Of a stretch of DNA of 64,000 bases, positions 1 through 13,069 are shown piece after piece. Source of the DNA: Octopus vulgaris (Eukaryota); NCBI GenBank assembly GCA_951406725.2, contig OX597824.1, positions 25,544,001 through 25,608,000 on the forward strand, read 5' to 3'. The translations under genes and the position numbers were made by a program. The notes beneath the pieces were generated by a model. It searched no databases, was not told the DNA's origin, and saw only the letters and a program-made list of their open reading frames with translations. The first letter of the stretch is position 1. Every line of letters begins with the position of its first letter.

Positions 1-70
1 CAAGACAAAACAATGTACATGATAACACTTAAGATCAGAAGCCATGAGAGCCACTGGCTGGTACTGCATT
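1..70 (-). repeat. End of a dispersed SINE-like repeat, same family as 32923-33460
   Basis: CAAGACAAAACAATGTACATGATAA...GATCAGAAGCCATGAGAGCCACTG..GTACTGCAT matches 33392-33453. Confidence 0.75.
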
Positions 71-190
71 ATTAAGACAGAGAGGGGGAGGAACGGAGGA
101 GTAGAAGGAAGAGGCAGCGTAGTATTGAGAGTAGAATTAATATTGGTGGGATTGGCGCTGGATGGTTGCAGCAATCGAAAACATTTAACA

Positions 191-223
191 TTTTTTTTTT
201 CTTTCTTTTTTTTTGTTATTCAG
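191..223 (+). promoter_or_regulatory. Splice acceptor of a 5'-UTR intron of GPCR-1; coding exon starts at 224
   Basis: Long polypyrimidine tract then TATTCAG|ATTAAACAGAGAAAAC. The same acceptor and downstream sequence precede the paralog at 40358/40359. An in-frame TAA at 226-228 means 224-261 is UTR. Confidence 0.75.
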
Positions 224-261
224 ATTAAACAGAGAAAACGCGCCCCAAAATCCGAAAAAAG

Positions 262-1479
262 ATGTTATTTACTGATTCAATGCAGAATGGAACAACAAAC
301 GGTACCGAATATAGTGTCACCATCGAAGAACTCAACAGACAACAAGTTTTGATAAGGATCCCATCTACCATTCTTGTTATATTAACAATGACCATAGGTT
401 TCGTTGGAAACATTTTAACTGTTTACGTTTACGGATTTCGCTTGAAGTTATCCCCAACGTACCTGTTTGTCGTCATGCTGGCTTGTGTAGATTTGATACT
501 TTGTGCTATTGTATCACCAGGTCGCATTGTCCAAAATGTTTACCCCATGATGTCGACCTGGGATGCACTGTGCAAGAACCATATGTGTTTGTCTGTCTTT
601 ACAGGACTTTGTAACTGTGGTTTTCTAGTGTCCATTTCTATAGATAGATATAGAAAAGTATGCCAACCGCTGAAGTCTCAGTTGTCATTGAAAGTTGCTA
701 AAATTATAACAGCTTGCATTCTTATTTTTTCCGCAATACAGGGAAGCATTGCTCTTCTATACTATGGAAGTATCAAGAAATCAACTGATTATCCTGATAT
801 CTATAGCTATTCTTGCTCAGCAAAAAAATCCGAGAAGCCAAACTATTACCAACTTGGATTCTTTGCATTCTATCTTCTCTTAACATTATTTGCGTTCGTT
901 GAACTCAGTGTAGTTTACACCATAATTCTTCGAAAAATGAAAGTGAAGGAGAAACAAATTATTGTATCACAACAAAATAGGAAGAACGTTACAAGTGCCC
1001 TGTATCCTGATGAAACACAACAGAGATGGAGTAATATACCAAAAAACACTGATCCTAATGTACCTGCAGAAGTTGTTGAATTGTCTGTAGCAGAAACATC
1101 ATCCGGTGTGTCATCGGATGATACATCAAACGTAAGTGCAAAAAATACAAAAAACACTGCACCTATCGCGATTAAATTACGGGAGACGGAAAACGAAAGA
1201 CGAGCAAGAAAGCAAACCAAAAGGATACAGCGTATTACTGTAACAATGATGATGATTACTCTGGTGTTTATAATAACCTATATACCCTGCGTTATTGCCA
1301 TGATGGTGAACGCAGTATTGAAATCCGAAGACACAATGTCAGTGACAACAGCTATATTCTATTGGCTCGCAAGACATACGTTTTACCTTAATTCAAGTTT
1401 AAATCCAATTATTTACAGTTGCAGGAATAAGAATTTTGTAGACGAAGTAAAGAAGTTGTTTGGATTAAAGCAGAAATAA
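262..1479 (+). CDS. Orphan class A (rhodopsin-like) GPCR, 405 aa, uninterrupted CDS (GPCR-1)
   Basis: Seven hydrophobic segments; TM1 GN, TM2 LACVD, ECL1/TM3 WDALC, TM3 DRY, ECL2 Cys, TM6 FxxTYxP, TM7 NPIIY, helix 8 NFVDEVKKLF; N-terminal NGT sequons; long Ser/Thr-rich ICL3. Confidence 0.95.
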   Translation: MLFTDSMQNGTTNGTEYSVTIEELNRQQVLIRIPSTILVILTMTIGFVGNILTVYVYGFRLKLSPTYLFVVMLACVDLILCAIVSPGRIVQNVYPMMSTWDALCKNHMCLSVFTGLCNCGFLVSISIDRYRKVCQPLKSQLSLKVAKIITACILIFSAIQGSIALLYYGSIKKSTDYPDIYSYSCSAKKSEKPNYYQLGFFAFYLLLTLFAFVELSVVYTIILRKMKVKEKQIIVSQQNRKNVTSALYPDETQQRWSNIPKNTDPNVPAEVVELSVAETSSGVSSDDTSNVSAKNTKNTAPIAIKLRETENERRARKQTKRIQRITVTMMMITLVFIITYIPCVIAMMVNAVLKSEDTMSVTTAIFYWLARHTFYLNSSLNPIIYSCRNKNFVDEVKKLFGLKQK

Positions 1480-1864
1480 ATAGAAACAAAAGCACGCATC
1501 AATCTGAAATATAAAATCAGCGAAAGCGAAACTGCTCTAGCAAACGACAAATAGCAGTGATAAAAATTAAACGCAGATTCGACAATTTGTATTCCAGTTC
1601 TTCGAAATCAAGTGAACTACCACTTCATTGACTTATTGCATGCGGCTGGGTCTGACGTAACCTTCTTAGAAAATCAATGTAATTATATTGGTCTACTTTA
1701 ATGAGAGTTACGTGTCCACCTGTAAAAACTTCTGAACTATTTTCTACTCACATTTCACTCACAGTATTGGACTCGACCTGAGATTATGTTACTCAATCTG
1801 CCGGATCCCATGATTGCGAAACAAACTTCTCACCACTGTACCAACCACCTACTACTTACATAGT

Positions 1865-1938
1865 TTCTTCTCCTTCTTCTTCTTCTTCTTCTTCTTCTTC
1901 TTCTTCTTCTTCTTCTTCTTCTTCTTCTTCTTCTTCTT

Positions 1939-2008
<70 letters not shown>

Positions 2009-2095
2009 CTCTCCTTCTTTTCCGCCTTCTTCTTCTTCTTCTTCCTCTCCTTTTTCTTCTTCTTCTTCTTCTTCTTCTCCAGCTTCTTTTTTTCT
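1865..2095. repeat. Compound (TTC)n/(TTA)n microsatellite
   Basis: Direct reading. Confidence 0.95.
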
Positions 2096-2645
2096 CTTTT
2101 AATTCTATACGGATCCTATGTTTTAAAAACTGTACTTTCGCAATTTATAATGCAATTATCATGAAGTACCAACTACAAAAAACTTTTGCTACTTCTAACT
2201 GACCGTTAAATTTTTTCGAATTCCCTTAAAGTATCTAAAGACTTGCCAAAATTCTAAATATCAATTTTCATCAGAATGTGGCTCAAAATGGAAATTGGCA
2301 TCTTCGAAAGTTGTTCAGAGCCATGAAAATCAATGTGCGACGATTAGAAAAAGTTTTCGATCTGATAATCCTTAGACATTGACCTCTTGACTATACAACG
2401 TCATGATTGGCAAATGGAGCCTCGCTTTTATAATACCTTTATAGATTCACGGAGCCGAAAAGAGGGAAAAAATTTTAGATGGTTGATGGGAGGGTTATAA
2501 AAGTTTTTTCTTTGGCTATATTTTTCCCTCCAAAGCTGAAAAAAAATTAGTAAAACTAGTAAAAATTCAGAAACAACGTGAAACAGTGAAAAACAGAAGG
2601 AATCAACAAGCTCAAAATTTAATAAAACCTCAGCTTTAAAATATG

Positions 2646-2687
<42 letters not shown>

Positions 2688-2716
2688 AATAAGCAACAAG
2701 AATATCTCCGGTAATT

Positions 2717-2800
2717 TGGTACCATCGTTTCACGCTACATCATTTTATTAAATATTGTAAGTATTACAACAGTTTTAAAATGTTGAGCAATCATCAGCCA
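2717..2800 (-). ncRNA. Type I hammerhead ribozyme motif, partly degenerate, in a Penelope-LTR-like fragment (2683-2898)
   Basis: Minus strand: TGG-CTGATGA-long stem II-GAAA-C-GATG-G-TA-CCA. Flanks (AAGCAACAAGAAT; GGTGCATCTAAC..GTACCATATTCA) are homologous to 59500-59700. Confidence 0.6.
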
Positions 2801-2926
2801 TTTACAGAGGTTTTCCATTAATATGGATAACACCATACAAAATTCTGGTGCATCTAACTTAAGTACCATATTCATTTGAATCTAAATTTTGCTGAACTTA
2901 TATATATATATATATATATATATATA

Positions 2927-3302
2927 CTAGCAGTATCGCCCGGCGTTGCTCAGGTTTGTAAGGGAAATAACTATAAAGCATTTTTAGAGAGTTATAGCCC
3001 AAAAATAGCAAAAAAATGGAAAAAAATGATGGTAAATTTTTTTTTGAGATTTAAAAAAGGTGGAGTTGCGTCCCCTAGCCAGTTTGTGGTTCGTGTTTCT
3101 AATTCTCGACCCCATGTCGAATTTATCGATTTTTTTCAGAACTGGGGGAACTTTTCAAAATTTTCGCTGCGTTAGTTTTGAATTATGACATTGGGCTATG
3201 TGTGTGTCAAGTTTCATCAGAATCGGTTGAAAGCCGTGGTCAGGGTGAGGGTACAAGCAAACAGACACACAGAAACACGCACAGACAAACTGCCGTTTAT
3301 AT

Positions 3303-3307
<5 letters not shown>
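2927..3307 (-). mobile_element. Non-autonomous Helitron in (TA)n
   Basis: Minus strand starts A|TCTCTATATAAA and ends with the hairpin CCTGAGCAACGCCGGG then CTAG|T. Near-identical copy at 61697-62080. Confidence 0.8.
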
Positions 3308-3362
<55 letters not shown>

Positions 3363-3417
3363 TTATTTATATATATATAGAGATAGATATATAGATATAT
3401 ATGTATATATACATACG

Positions 3418-3471
<54 letters not shown>

Positions 3472-3482
3472 TATATATATAT

Positions 3483-3561
<79 letters not shown>

Positions 3562-3798
3562 CGTGTGTGTGAAAAAACTTGTAAAGAATATGTGCAAGTT
3601 ACATGAAATTCCACAAAATATATGTAAAAATCTGAGTAAGATACGTGAAACTCCACAATCATATACTGAAAAATGTGTATAATACGTGCATTTTTTTATG
3701 TATGCATATACACATGTGTGTGGTTGGATGAGTGCGTGTGTGTATTTGCGTGTGTATATGTGTGTGGTTGGATGAGTGCATGTGTGTATTTGTGTGTG

Positions 3799-3875
<77 letters not shown>

Positions 3876-4148
3876 GTTCGTGCTTCTGTGAGTTTATACA
3901 AGCACATGTGTGTGAATGTATTCATGTGCACAAAACGCATGATGCATAGACTGTAAAAATATATGAATATACACATAAATTTATAGAATGTACACAAATG
4001 CATAATATACGCAATTATAACAAGCTTTAAACTTAACGTCAAAACAGGATAAACATTTGGCAACGAAGTGCATACGTGCAAGTATGAACTTCTAAGTGCA
4101 GACATTCCAAAATTGTATAATTATAACATTTTTATGCAGGTTTGTGTA

Positions 4149-4560
4149 GGCGCAGGAGTGGCTGTGTGGTAAGTAGCTTGCTTACCAACCACATGGTTCC
4201 GGGTTCAGTCCCACTGCCTGGCACCTTGGGCAAGTGTCTTCTACTATAGCCTCGGGCCGACCAAAGCCTTGTGAGTGGATTTGGTAGACGGAAACTGAAA
4301 GAAGCCCGTCGTATATATGTATATATATATATGTGTGTGTGTGCGTGTTGGTGTGTCTGTATTTGTCCCTCTAGCATTGCTTGACAACCGATGCTGGTGT
4401 GTTTATGTCCCCGTCACTTAACGGTTCGGCAAAAGAGACCGATAGAATAAGTACTGGGCTTACAAAGAATAAGTCCCGGGGTCGAGTTGCTCGATTAAAG
4501 GCGTTGCTCCAGCATGGCCGCAGTCAAATGACTGAAGCAAGTAAAAGAGTAAAAGAGTAA
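4149..4560 (+). mobile_element. tRNA-derived SINE, family A (full length)
   Basis: A box TGGCTGTGTGG and B-like GGTTCAGTCCC, internal (TA)/(TG), tail CAGCATGGCCGCAGTCAAATGACTGAA-(GTAAAAGA)n. Partial copies at ~7325-7720(-), 12965-13035(-), 36485-36600, 50578-50725, 53875-53940. Confidence 0.85.
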
Positions 4561-5887
4561 GAGAGAGAGAGAGAGAGTATCGAAATGAGTGAGAAAAATT
4601 GGAATGAATTGATTTTTTCCAAAAGTCGAATCCCAGGGATATGGTCATCTAAAAGATTTTTCCTGTTACCCAAAAACTCGCGTGATTTTCATCGTGATTT
4701 TATGCTACTTTTATGTTTTAATTCAAAATGAAGACTAACATTGATGTTCCATGCGATAGTTTTGGTAGCTATAAAGAGCTTCCTTAACATGAAACTAATG
4801 TTATACATGTACGTATACATACGACGGCTTTTTTCAGTTTCTGTGTATCAGATCCACTCAAAACCCGCCCAAGGCTCCATACCGGAAAAATGAGCCCGAT
4901 ATGTGTGTGTATGTGTGTGTGTGTGATTATTCAGTTTTATTTCAAGATTCCTTGTCAATAGAGAAATAGCCGGTTGCCAAGATTCCTTCATTGGAATTTC
5001 AGCAACATCAACTGGGTATTTTTGCATCTATGTATGTATGTGTGCCGTATTTGGAGTCAGTTCATGTGCAGATTTATATGTTTTGCTTTATGTATATATT
5101 CCAATGGATATATTTGCATGTCTAGACATGCGAATATATATTCAAGTGATAAACTTCTAGTTTACAAATTCTTATAGTTCTAATGATGACTCGGATCTGT
5201 AGTCGTTCAAATCCAAATTAACTTTCCCCTTTTATGGTTTTGAGAAGCCTGATTTCTCATCACTGGTACTTAGGCAGTGTGTTACATATCTTAGTACACC
5301 AATAATTACAGGCATAAAGCTGAACTTGTAATCTGGATAGAGAAACTGTAGATTTCTCAGTAGTTCAGCATACACACATACACACGTACACACACACACA
5401 TACACACACATACGTACACACACACACACACACATACATACATATCAGATTATGATTGGATCTTCCATGCGTTAACTTGTGCCTCTTTTCAACAATGTAA
5501 ACTTTCAGTTAATCAAGATATTCTTGACCAGACGAGTAGCCTACGGTACACCCCTCGCTTGGGTATTTGCCACTTCTGAGGTTCCGTTCGCTATGAAGCA
5601 TATGTTGCTCGGATCTTATCTACCCCATTTCGTAACTCTTGTATTCTTATTCGTACACCCGGCAAACCTTGTTGCCGACAGTGAAATATAAAACGAACTT
5701 TTTTTCAGTTTATCGTACGTACTTTGATAAAGAACATTTTGTCTCAATAAAGCACTATTGTCTCTGAAAGTTGTGTTTTTTATATATTTACTACGAATCG
5801 CTTGAAGTTAACTTTCTTCCCACACGTCGATCCCTGGATCTTACATTTATATATGTATATTTACATACATACATATATATACCCCCT

Positions 5888-5940
<53 letters not shown>

Positions 5941-5980
5941 ACATGTATTTACACTTACTTCCGTCAGTGGATGGCGGATG

Positions 5981-7208
5981 TATTGGGTTGGCAACTAAGT
6001 TTCCGTATTTTTTTTTAATTTCTATTTTTTCAAAATTTAATAAAAAATAACAACTAATGTATTCACCCTTGTTGTTTACAACTTCTTCCCAACGTTTCGA
6101 CTCGAAAAATTGATCCAACCAAGCTCTCAATTCTGCATCAGTATTGAACGAAACTCCGCGCATAGCATTTTGAAAGAGATCGAAAGAGGTGAAAGTTCGT
6201 TGGTGCCAAATAAGGAAAGTACGGCAGGGTTGGCAGCACTTCCCAGCCATGCGTTTGAATGACTTCCTTGGTCATATTGGCGATATGAGCGCGGGCGTTG
6301 TCGTGCAGCAAAAGAACTCCATGCTGCCGATTAGGTCTTTTCTCTTGAGTTGTTCCAACAGTTGAACATAGAGTTCCCCGTTGACCGTTTGGTTCCGTTC
6401 AAGAAATTTGTAATGGATAATCCCTTCCCATTCCCACCATATGCACAACATCGTTTTATGCGGATGAAGATCTTTCATGTGCGGTATCGCTTGTTTACCG
6501 GTGCTAAGCCATTCCTTCCGCTGCTTCATCATGATGTACAGGCACCATTTTTCGTCGCCAGTAACGATTCGGTAAAGGAATCGTTGCTTGTGTCCATGAG
6601 TTGAGCGGTGGCGTGCAAGCAAACCAGCGGAGATTGTGGCTCGTTGATTTTTATTATTGTCACTTAAAGCATGCAGAACTCATGCTCCATACTTCTGAAC
6701 CTTTCCCATCGAGTGAAGATGGTTCTCTATAGCAGTGTGGGAGCATATCATTTTCTCTGCCAGTTCCCTTGTGCTTTGACAAGAATTTTCGTGCAAAAGT
6801 TGGTTTAATCGCTCTTCATCGAACTCCACTGGGCGGCCAGAATGAGGTGCGTCTTTGCGGTCAAAATTTCCATTTTTGAACTTGGCATACTAATCACAAG
6901 AAGCCCTTTCAGCTATGGCACCCTCTCCATACACAGCACAAATGCCGCAAGCAGCTTTTGCGGCCTTAGAACCGTGATTAAAATCAAAAAGAAGGTGTCG
7001 AAAATGTTCGTTTTTCTTAACTTGACATTCCATCCAAATGATCTGAAATTAAGCAAAAATTAACGAAAATTAACTAGAAAAAAAAAGGCAATAGATTCCG
7101 AAATGATTCAAAAATAGAATTCTTGAAAAAAATAGATTCCAAAATTTAAAAACGCAGTAAACTCCAAATTTTTTTTAAAACGGTGGGAACTTAGTTACCA
7201 ACCTAATA
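5981..7208 (-). mobile_element. mariner DNA transposon with pseudogenised transposase
   Basis: TIRs TATTGGGTTGGCAACTAAGTTTCC / GGGAACTTAGTTACCAACCTAATA with TA ends; IVTGDEKW, MLCIWW and HDNA remnants with stops and frameshifts. Confidence 0.9.
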
Positions 7209-7442
7209 ATTTTTCATGTATATAATGTTTTTTTTTTTCTTTTAGAAGATTAGTCGGTGCACTTCCTTAAGGTTGTTGCGTGCTTCATCGGAACATCATA
7301 ATAATTTGGCATTGCTATTCATTATGTTTTACTGGTTTCAGTCATAAGGCTGTGGTCATGCTAGGCCACTGCTTTTAAGAGTTTAGTCAAACAAATCGAC
7401 ACCAACTGTCAAACGCAGGTAGTAGACAAATACAAACACACT

Positions 7443-7501
<59 letters not shown>

Positions 7502-7779
7502 GTATATATGTGTGCATATAAATGTGTGAGTGCTTAGGTAGGTATATGTTTCGACTTTTACTTGCTTGTATCATTAGACTGCAGCCATGCTGGGGCACGA
7601 CCTTCAGGAACTTTAGTCGACCCTAGTTCTTGTTTTTAAAGCCGAACCGCTAACTTACGAGAACGTAAACACACCAGCAACGGTTGTTAAACGGCGGTAG
7701 TGGGCGACAAATACAGACACAATACACACATGCACACACACACACATGTAGACGCACACACGAGGTCACATATACACAC

Positions 7780-7831
<52 letters not shown>

Positions 7832-7994
7832 CAAAAAATAAGGGTGAAAAGTTGGATATTAATTTAATAATACCATCAATTTAACACCAAGTGGCTTAGC
7901 GCATAAAAAGCCAGGGATACAATAAAAATTTATATACACATATATAAGAGAGTGACTCTCTTATATATGTGTATGTATATATATAAACACACAA

Positions 7995-8233
7995 TTCAAC
8001 ATGAAGCACAGCAGTAAACAACTCCCTTTTCTTGACATCCTAATTAAAATAGTCAGTAACCACACCGAAACAGACATCTTCTATAAACCTACAGATTCTA
8101 TACAATACCTATTATTCAACTCATGCCACCCCAAACATAAAAATTAATATACCTTATAATCTAGCGAAAAAAAACTGTAGCATAGTTTCGGACACCTATA
8201 CTCGTAAACGAAGACTCCTTGAACTCAGATCAA
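7995..8233 (+). mobile_element. Penelope-like RT fragment
   Basis: Translates to LPFLDILI...TDIFYKPTDSIQYLLFNSCHPKH, a typical PLE RT C-terminal motif. Confidence 0.7.
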
Positions 8234-8626
8234 TACTACCCACAAGGGGCTAAACATAGAGAGGACAAACAAGGACAGACAAAGGGATTCAGTCGATTAT
8301 ATCGACCCCAGTGCGTAACTGGTACTTATTTAATCGACCCCGAAAGGATGGAAGGCAAAGTCGACCTCGGCGGAATTTGAACTCAGAACGTAGCAAATAC
8401 CTATTTCTTTACTACCCAAAAGGGGCTAAACACAGAGGGAACAAACTAGGACAGACAAACGGATTAAGTCGATTACATGGATCCCAGTGCGTAACTGGTA
8501 CTTAATTTATCGACCCCGAAAGGATGAATGGCAAAGTCGACCTCGGCGGAATTTGAACTCAGAACGTAACGGCAGACGAAATACCGCTAGGCATTTCGCC
8601 CGGCGTGCTAACGATTCTGCTAGCTG
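8234..8626 (-). mobile_element. tRNA-derived SINE, family B (partial tandem dimer)
   Basis: Reverse complement of the GGCGAGCTGGCAGAA...GAGTTCAAATTCCGCCGAGGTCGACTTTGCCTTTCATCC family; internal unit duplicated. Confidence 0.85.
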
Positions 8627-8843
8627 CGTATTTTGATGCGTTATTGTCCATACTTTCAGTAATGTACCACTCAATACATAACAGGATGTTCTGCACAAAC
8701 TTCAGGAATGTGAATATCTGTATATCGCGTATGTTAAGTGTAGATTATCTCACCAAAATGCCATTGGAGGGTTGCACATGTATATGTGTGTGTGTGTCCA
8801 TAGATGAATGAACACACACTCAGACACACTCACACATACACAC

Positions 8844-8879
<36 letters not shown>

Positions 8880-9183
8880 ATATGATTGCTTCATTTTGAC
8901 AGCTGATAACCTTCTCATCCACACACACATCATACAGTATAAGCATTCCGTTGATGGCCCTCATATGACTAAGACCAGCTGCTGACTGATGGGGTTTGAA
9001 ACTCAAGTGACGCCAGACCAAGTGACAGATATTACACAACGTGACAATTTTTAAAAAATTGTTTATTGTTTTTATTTTATTGTTTATGAATCCATTTTTT
9101 TCTGCTGATTCCAAAACTGAAATTATTTTTTGTGCATCATCAACAGTTAAAAAAAAACTATGTCGACTTTCAATGTTATTATA

Positions 9184-10668
9184 CAGTTGCGGCCAAAATG
9201 TTCAGAACGGCATTGTTTTTGTCAGAAAAGTAGATATAAGTTTTTATTAAAGTTGTTTTATATTTCACAGACAATAAATACGATAGTAACTGGTTTTGTC
9301 TGAGATTTTGGTGTAATTTGAGTGGATAATACAAAAGTTATGGATGATATAGTGATTTACTGCAAAACCCATGGTGGCCAAAATGATCAGAACGGTTGAA
9401 AAAATAACAAAATAATCAAAAAGTGACAGAGAATGCTGGAATTATTTCATATTTAGTGTGAAGCCCTTTAGCTTCAATCAAAGTTTGACATTTTCGACTG
9501 CATGGGGAAATTAAATTTTCAATTTCTTGCTGGGTGATCTTATTCCATTCTTCCTGAAGGGCATTCCATAATTGCTCGGTTGTTTTAGGATTTCTGGCTT
9601 TCAAACGTTCTCCTAGAATATTCCACATATTTTCAATAGGATTGAGGTCTGGTCTTTGAGCAGGCCAATCCATAACAATAACCTTTTCAGCCTTGAGGAA
9701 GTTCATGACCACCTTAGCCTTGTGACATGGGGCATTGTCCTGCATGAATATGGGTGGTCGCTTAGTTGAATTTCTCAGCACAGTCAAGGCATGATTTTTT
9801 ACAAGTTGTTTATAAACTCCTGCATTTACCTTTCCATGTAATCGCAGCAAAGGGCCCACAACATCTCCAGATATCATCCCCCAAACCATGACACTTCCTC
9901 CACCGAATTTAACACTAGTCTTAAGGCATTTATGTGACAATTTTTCACCTGCTTTTCGTCGAACGTACCTTTTCCCATCTGAGCCATATAACATAGACTT
10001 AGATTCATCACTGAAATGCACCGTTTGCCATTTTTCTTGAGACCACAACACATGTTCGGTTGCAAAGGTAAGACGACACTTTTTATTCTTGGAGCTGATC
10101 AGTGGCTTCACTGCAGGTGCTCTTGCTTGTAGGTCATGTTCAACTAAACGACGAGACAGTTTTTCGAGATAAAGTTTTCTTCAGTACAATGCTCATTTCC
10201 CGAAAAACAGCAGCAGCAGTTTTAAATCTGTCCTTTTTAACCAACTTTACCATAGCACGATCTTCTCTCTTGGTCGTTTTTCTTGGCCAACCTGTAGACT
10301 TTCTTGCTTCACACGAACCACAATCATCGTAGACCTTAAGAATACCGTGAACAACACTTTTTGACTTGTTAACAATCTTTGCAATAGACCTAATACTTAA
10401 ATTATCCTTTTTTCGAAGCTTAATAATCTGCTGACGAATTGGTAACAGAGTAAGTGGCATTATATTAACAAAGTACACTGCAGATATTCTTACTAATGTT
10501 TAGTAAACGAACTGTCACGTAAACAAATTCAAAACATTAGAGTTCGCCGGTTAAATATACTAAAACATGGAGTAAAAGCAACCGTTCAGATCATTTTGGC
10601 CGCCATGGGTTTTGCAGTAAATCACTAAATCATCCATAACTTTTTTATTATCCTCTCAAATTACACCA
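9184..10668 (-). mobile_element. Tc1-family transposon with IR/DR-type long TIRs, nested in Chapaev3; right TIR truncated
   Basis: TA|CAGTTGCGGCCAAAATGTTCAGAACGG with inner DR at ~9372-9397; 9310-9398 is inverted at 10579-10668. ORFs 10140-10478 (HTH) and 9416-10111 (FSDES, GGGSVMVWG, QDNAPCH, PDLNPIEN; DD34E). Confidence 0.9.
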
Positions 10669-10733
10669 TTATATTCGGTATTGTTATACTGATCCGCTAC
10701 TAAATGTATGTCTAATTTTCTCTTTCAGACCAA

Positions 10734-12344
10734 TTGCTAAGTTCTGTTACTTTCAGGAGGGCTACTAGAGTATGCAAAAATTCTCCAGATACATTTTGCT
10801 ATGTGTGTGGTTATTATATTGGAAAAAAAAAGCAGGTATTATATAAGATAGTGAAAGGTACCAAATTGTGGATAGCGTACAGACTCTATTTCGGAATGCC
10901 CATGGGCGACCAGGACAAACCATGGGCCCCACATGTGATATGTGGAAGCTGTCGATATACTCTAGAAGGATGGCTAAGAGGTACAGGAAGGCCAATGCCT
11001 TTTGCCATCCCAAGGGTATGGAGAGAGCCAAAGAACCATCACGATGACTGTAACTTTTGTATAATCGATGTGACAAAGTACAGAAAAGTGAAAGGAAGAC
11101 AAGCTCTTCAGTATCCAGACATACTCCCATCTAGAGCACCTGTCCCACATGATGACAGTTTACAAGTACCACTACCACCAGAAAATATTTCATCTGAAGA
11201 GTCAACAAGTAGCAGCATCCAAGAAATGGAGGAAGCTTTCGTACCAAGAACAAATTCGGAGCCTCACTTTCCAAATCAGAGTGAGCTAGATGATTTAATC
11301 AGGGATCTGGGTTTTACTAAGTCAGGAGCTGAACTTCTTTCATCAAGATTGAAGGAATGGAATCTACTGGGGGAAGACTGCAAGACATCTGTGTACCGGA
11401 AACGCCACGACGAATTTGAAATTTACTATGAAAATATTAATGATCTGTATTATTGTAAAGATGTGATTGGTTTGTTTACTGCTATTGGACTCAAACATGA
11501 TTCTGAAGAATGGCGACTGTTCATAGATAGCTCAACAGGAAGTCTTAAAGCATTGTTGCTCCACAATGAAAATAAATATCCTTCTTTGCCTCTTTCACAC
11601 TCCATACAGAAGAAAGAATATTACGATAATGTCAAGAACTTCTCGACAAAATAAATTACGCTGAGTTCAAGTGGGATGTTTGTGGTGATTTCAAGATGCT
11701 TGCCTTCTTCTTCCTGATGATGATCATTACAAGAGAGTACATTGGCCCCCACGAGTGGAACTGCAGCCAGGAATGTTAAATATTCTCAAACAGCCTCTAG
11801 TAGATGCCAACAAAATCTTATTACCCCCGCTTCATATCAAACTCGGATTGGTAAAACAGTTTGTGAAGGTCTTAGATTTGTCTTATGTTTCCAAAGCTAT
11901 CTGAGGCCAAGATCAAGGGTGGCATATTTGATGGGGCCCAAGTAAATAAAGTCGAAGAAACTGGAAAGAGCGATGACAGACGTTGAAAAAGAAGCTTGGT
12001 TTGTATTTCGTGATGTAGTTCGTGGATTCCTAGGAAATCCCAAGGATCCTAATTACAAACAACTGGTAGCAAAGCTTATTGAAAACTTCAAGAAAATGGG
12101 TTGTCGTATGTCCTTAAAGGTTCATTTTTTGCTCTCTCACCTAGATCACCCCATCCCCGAAAACTTGGGTGATGTCAGTGAGGAGCATGATGAGAGATTT
12201 CATCAGGACATCGCAACTATGGAAAGAAGATACCAAGGACGAGGGGATACTGCTATGATGGGAACTTATATATGGTCTCTAGTCAGAAGAGATGAAGGTA
12301 TACACTCCAGAAAATCTCGATCGTCAAAGCACTTTTCATCTTAA
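10734..12344 (+). pseudogene. Chapaev3 transposase (frameshifted)
   Basis: CKNSPDTFCYVCG, GDQDKPWAPHVIC, WREPKNHHDDCNFC, WRLFIDSS, LPPLHIKLG (other frame), MSLKVHFLLSHLD, EEHDERFHQDI. Confidence 0.85.
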
Positions 12345-12897
12345 GAAAAGAGTTATCAAGGCATTTACAGTGCAGAGTTTTATTGTTTCTTTTTGTTCTA
12401 ACTAATATTTTACTTCCTAAATACCCTTCAATATATGAAAAATTACTAAATGTTGTGTAATTATCCTTACAATACTAGAATAGATTGAGCCAACAATGTG
12501 CTGTAGGGAAAAGTTATAATTAGGAATAGATAAATAACTCTCGATATTACGTCAAAACGAATGTCATTTTTGAATTTAGTGGCAAAAAAATGCATATAAG
12601 AACATTAAAAAATACAAATAAACAAAACATGTGTTACATTGTGTTATTCAAGTTTCTTCTACACCTTTGTCTTTTGGAGTCTAATTCTAAAGGAATTCTT
12701 TTATGAACTAGCATATATGGCTTTTAAGTCCAAATATTGTCTTAACAAGCTTTATGACATCTGACACAAGTTGTAAGAGCTGGTTTGGCGGGTTCAAGAT
12801 TATTATCTACCTGGACATTTTGATTTTCATGTGACTTCGTATGATTCCCGTATCCTGCTTTTGACAACAGCACACGATCACACACACACACACACAT

Positions 12898-12967
<70 letters not shown>

Positions 12968-13069
12968 TCTTTTACTCTTTTACTCTTTTACTTGTTTCAG
13001 TCATTTGACTGCGGCCATGCTGGAGCACCGCCTTTATATATATATATATATATACAGGCAGAGAGAGGA

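Larger units (their letters stand above)
9035..12643 (+). mobile_element. Chapaev3 (CMC superfamily) DNA transposon with both termini and TTA target-site duplication
   Basis: TTA|CACAACGTGACA...TGTTACATTGTG|TTA; contains a Chapaev3-type transposase pseudogene and a nested Tc1. Confidence 0.85.

Noticed and set aside
4149-4225. tRNA-like sequence
   Set aside because: It is a SINE head continuing into SINE body, with no proper cloverleaf.
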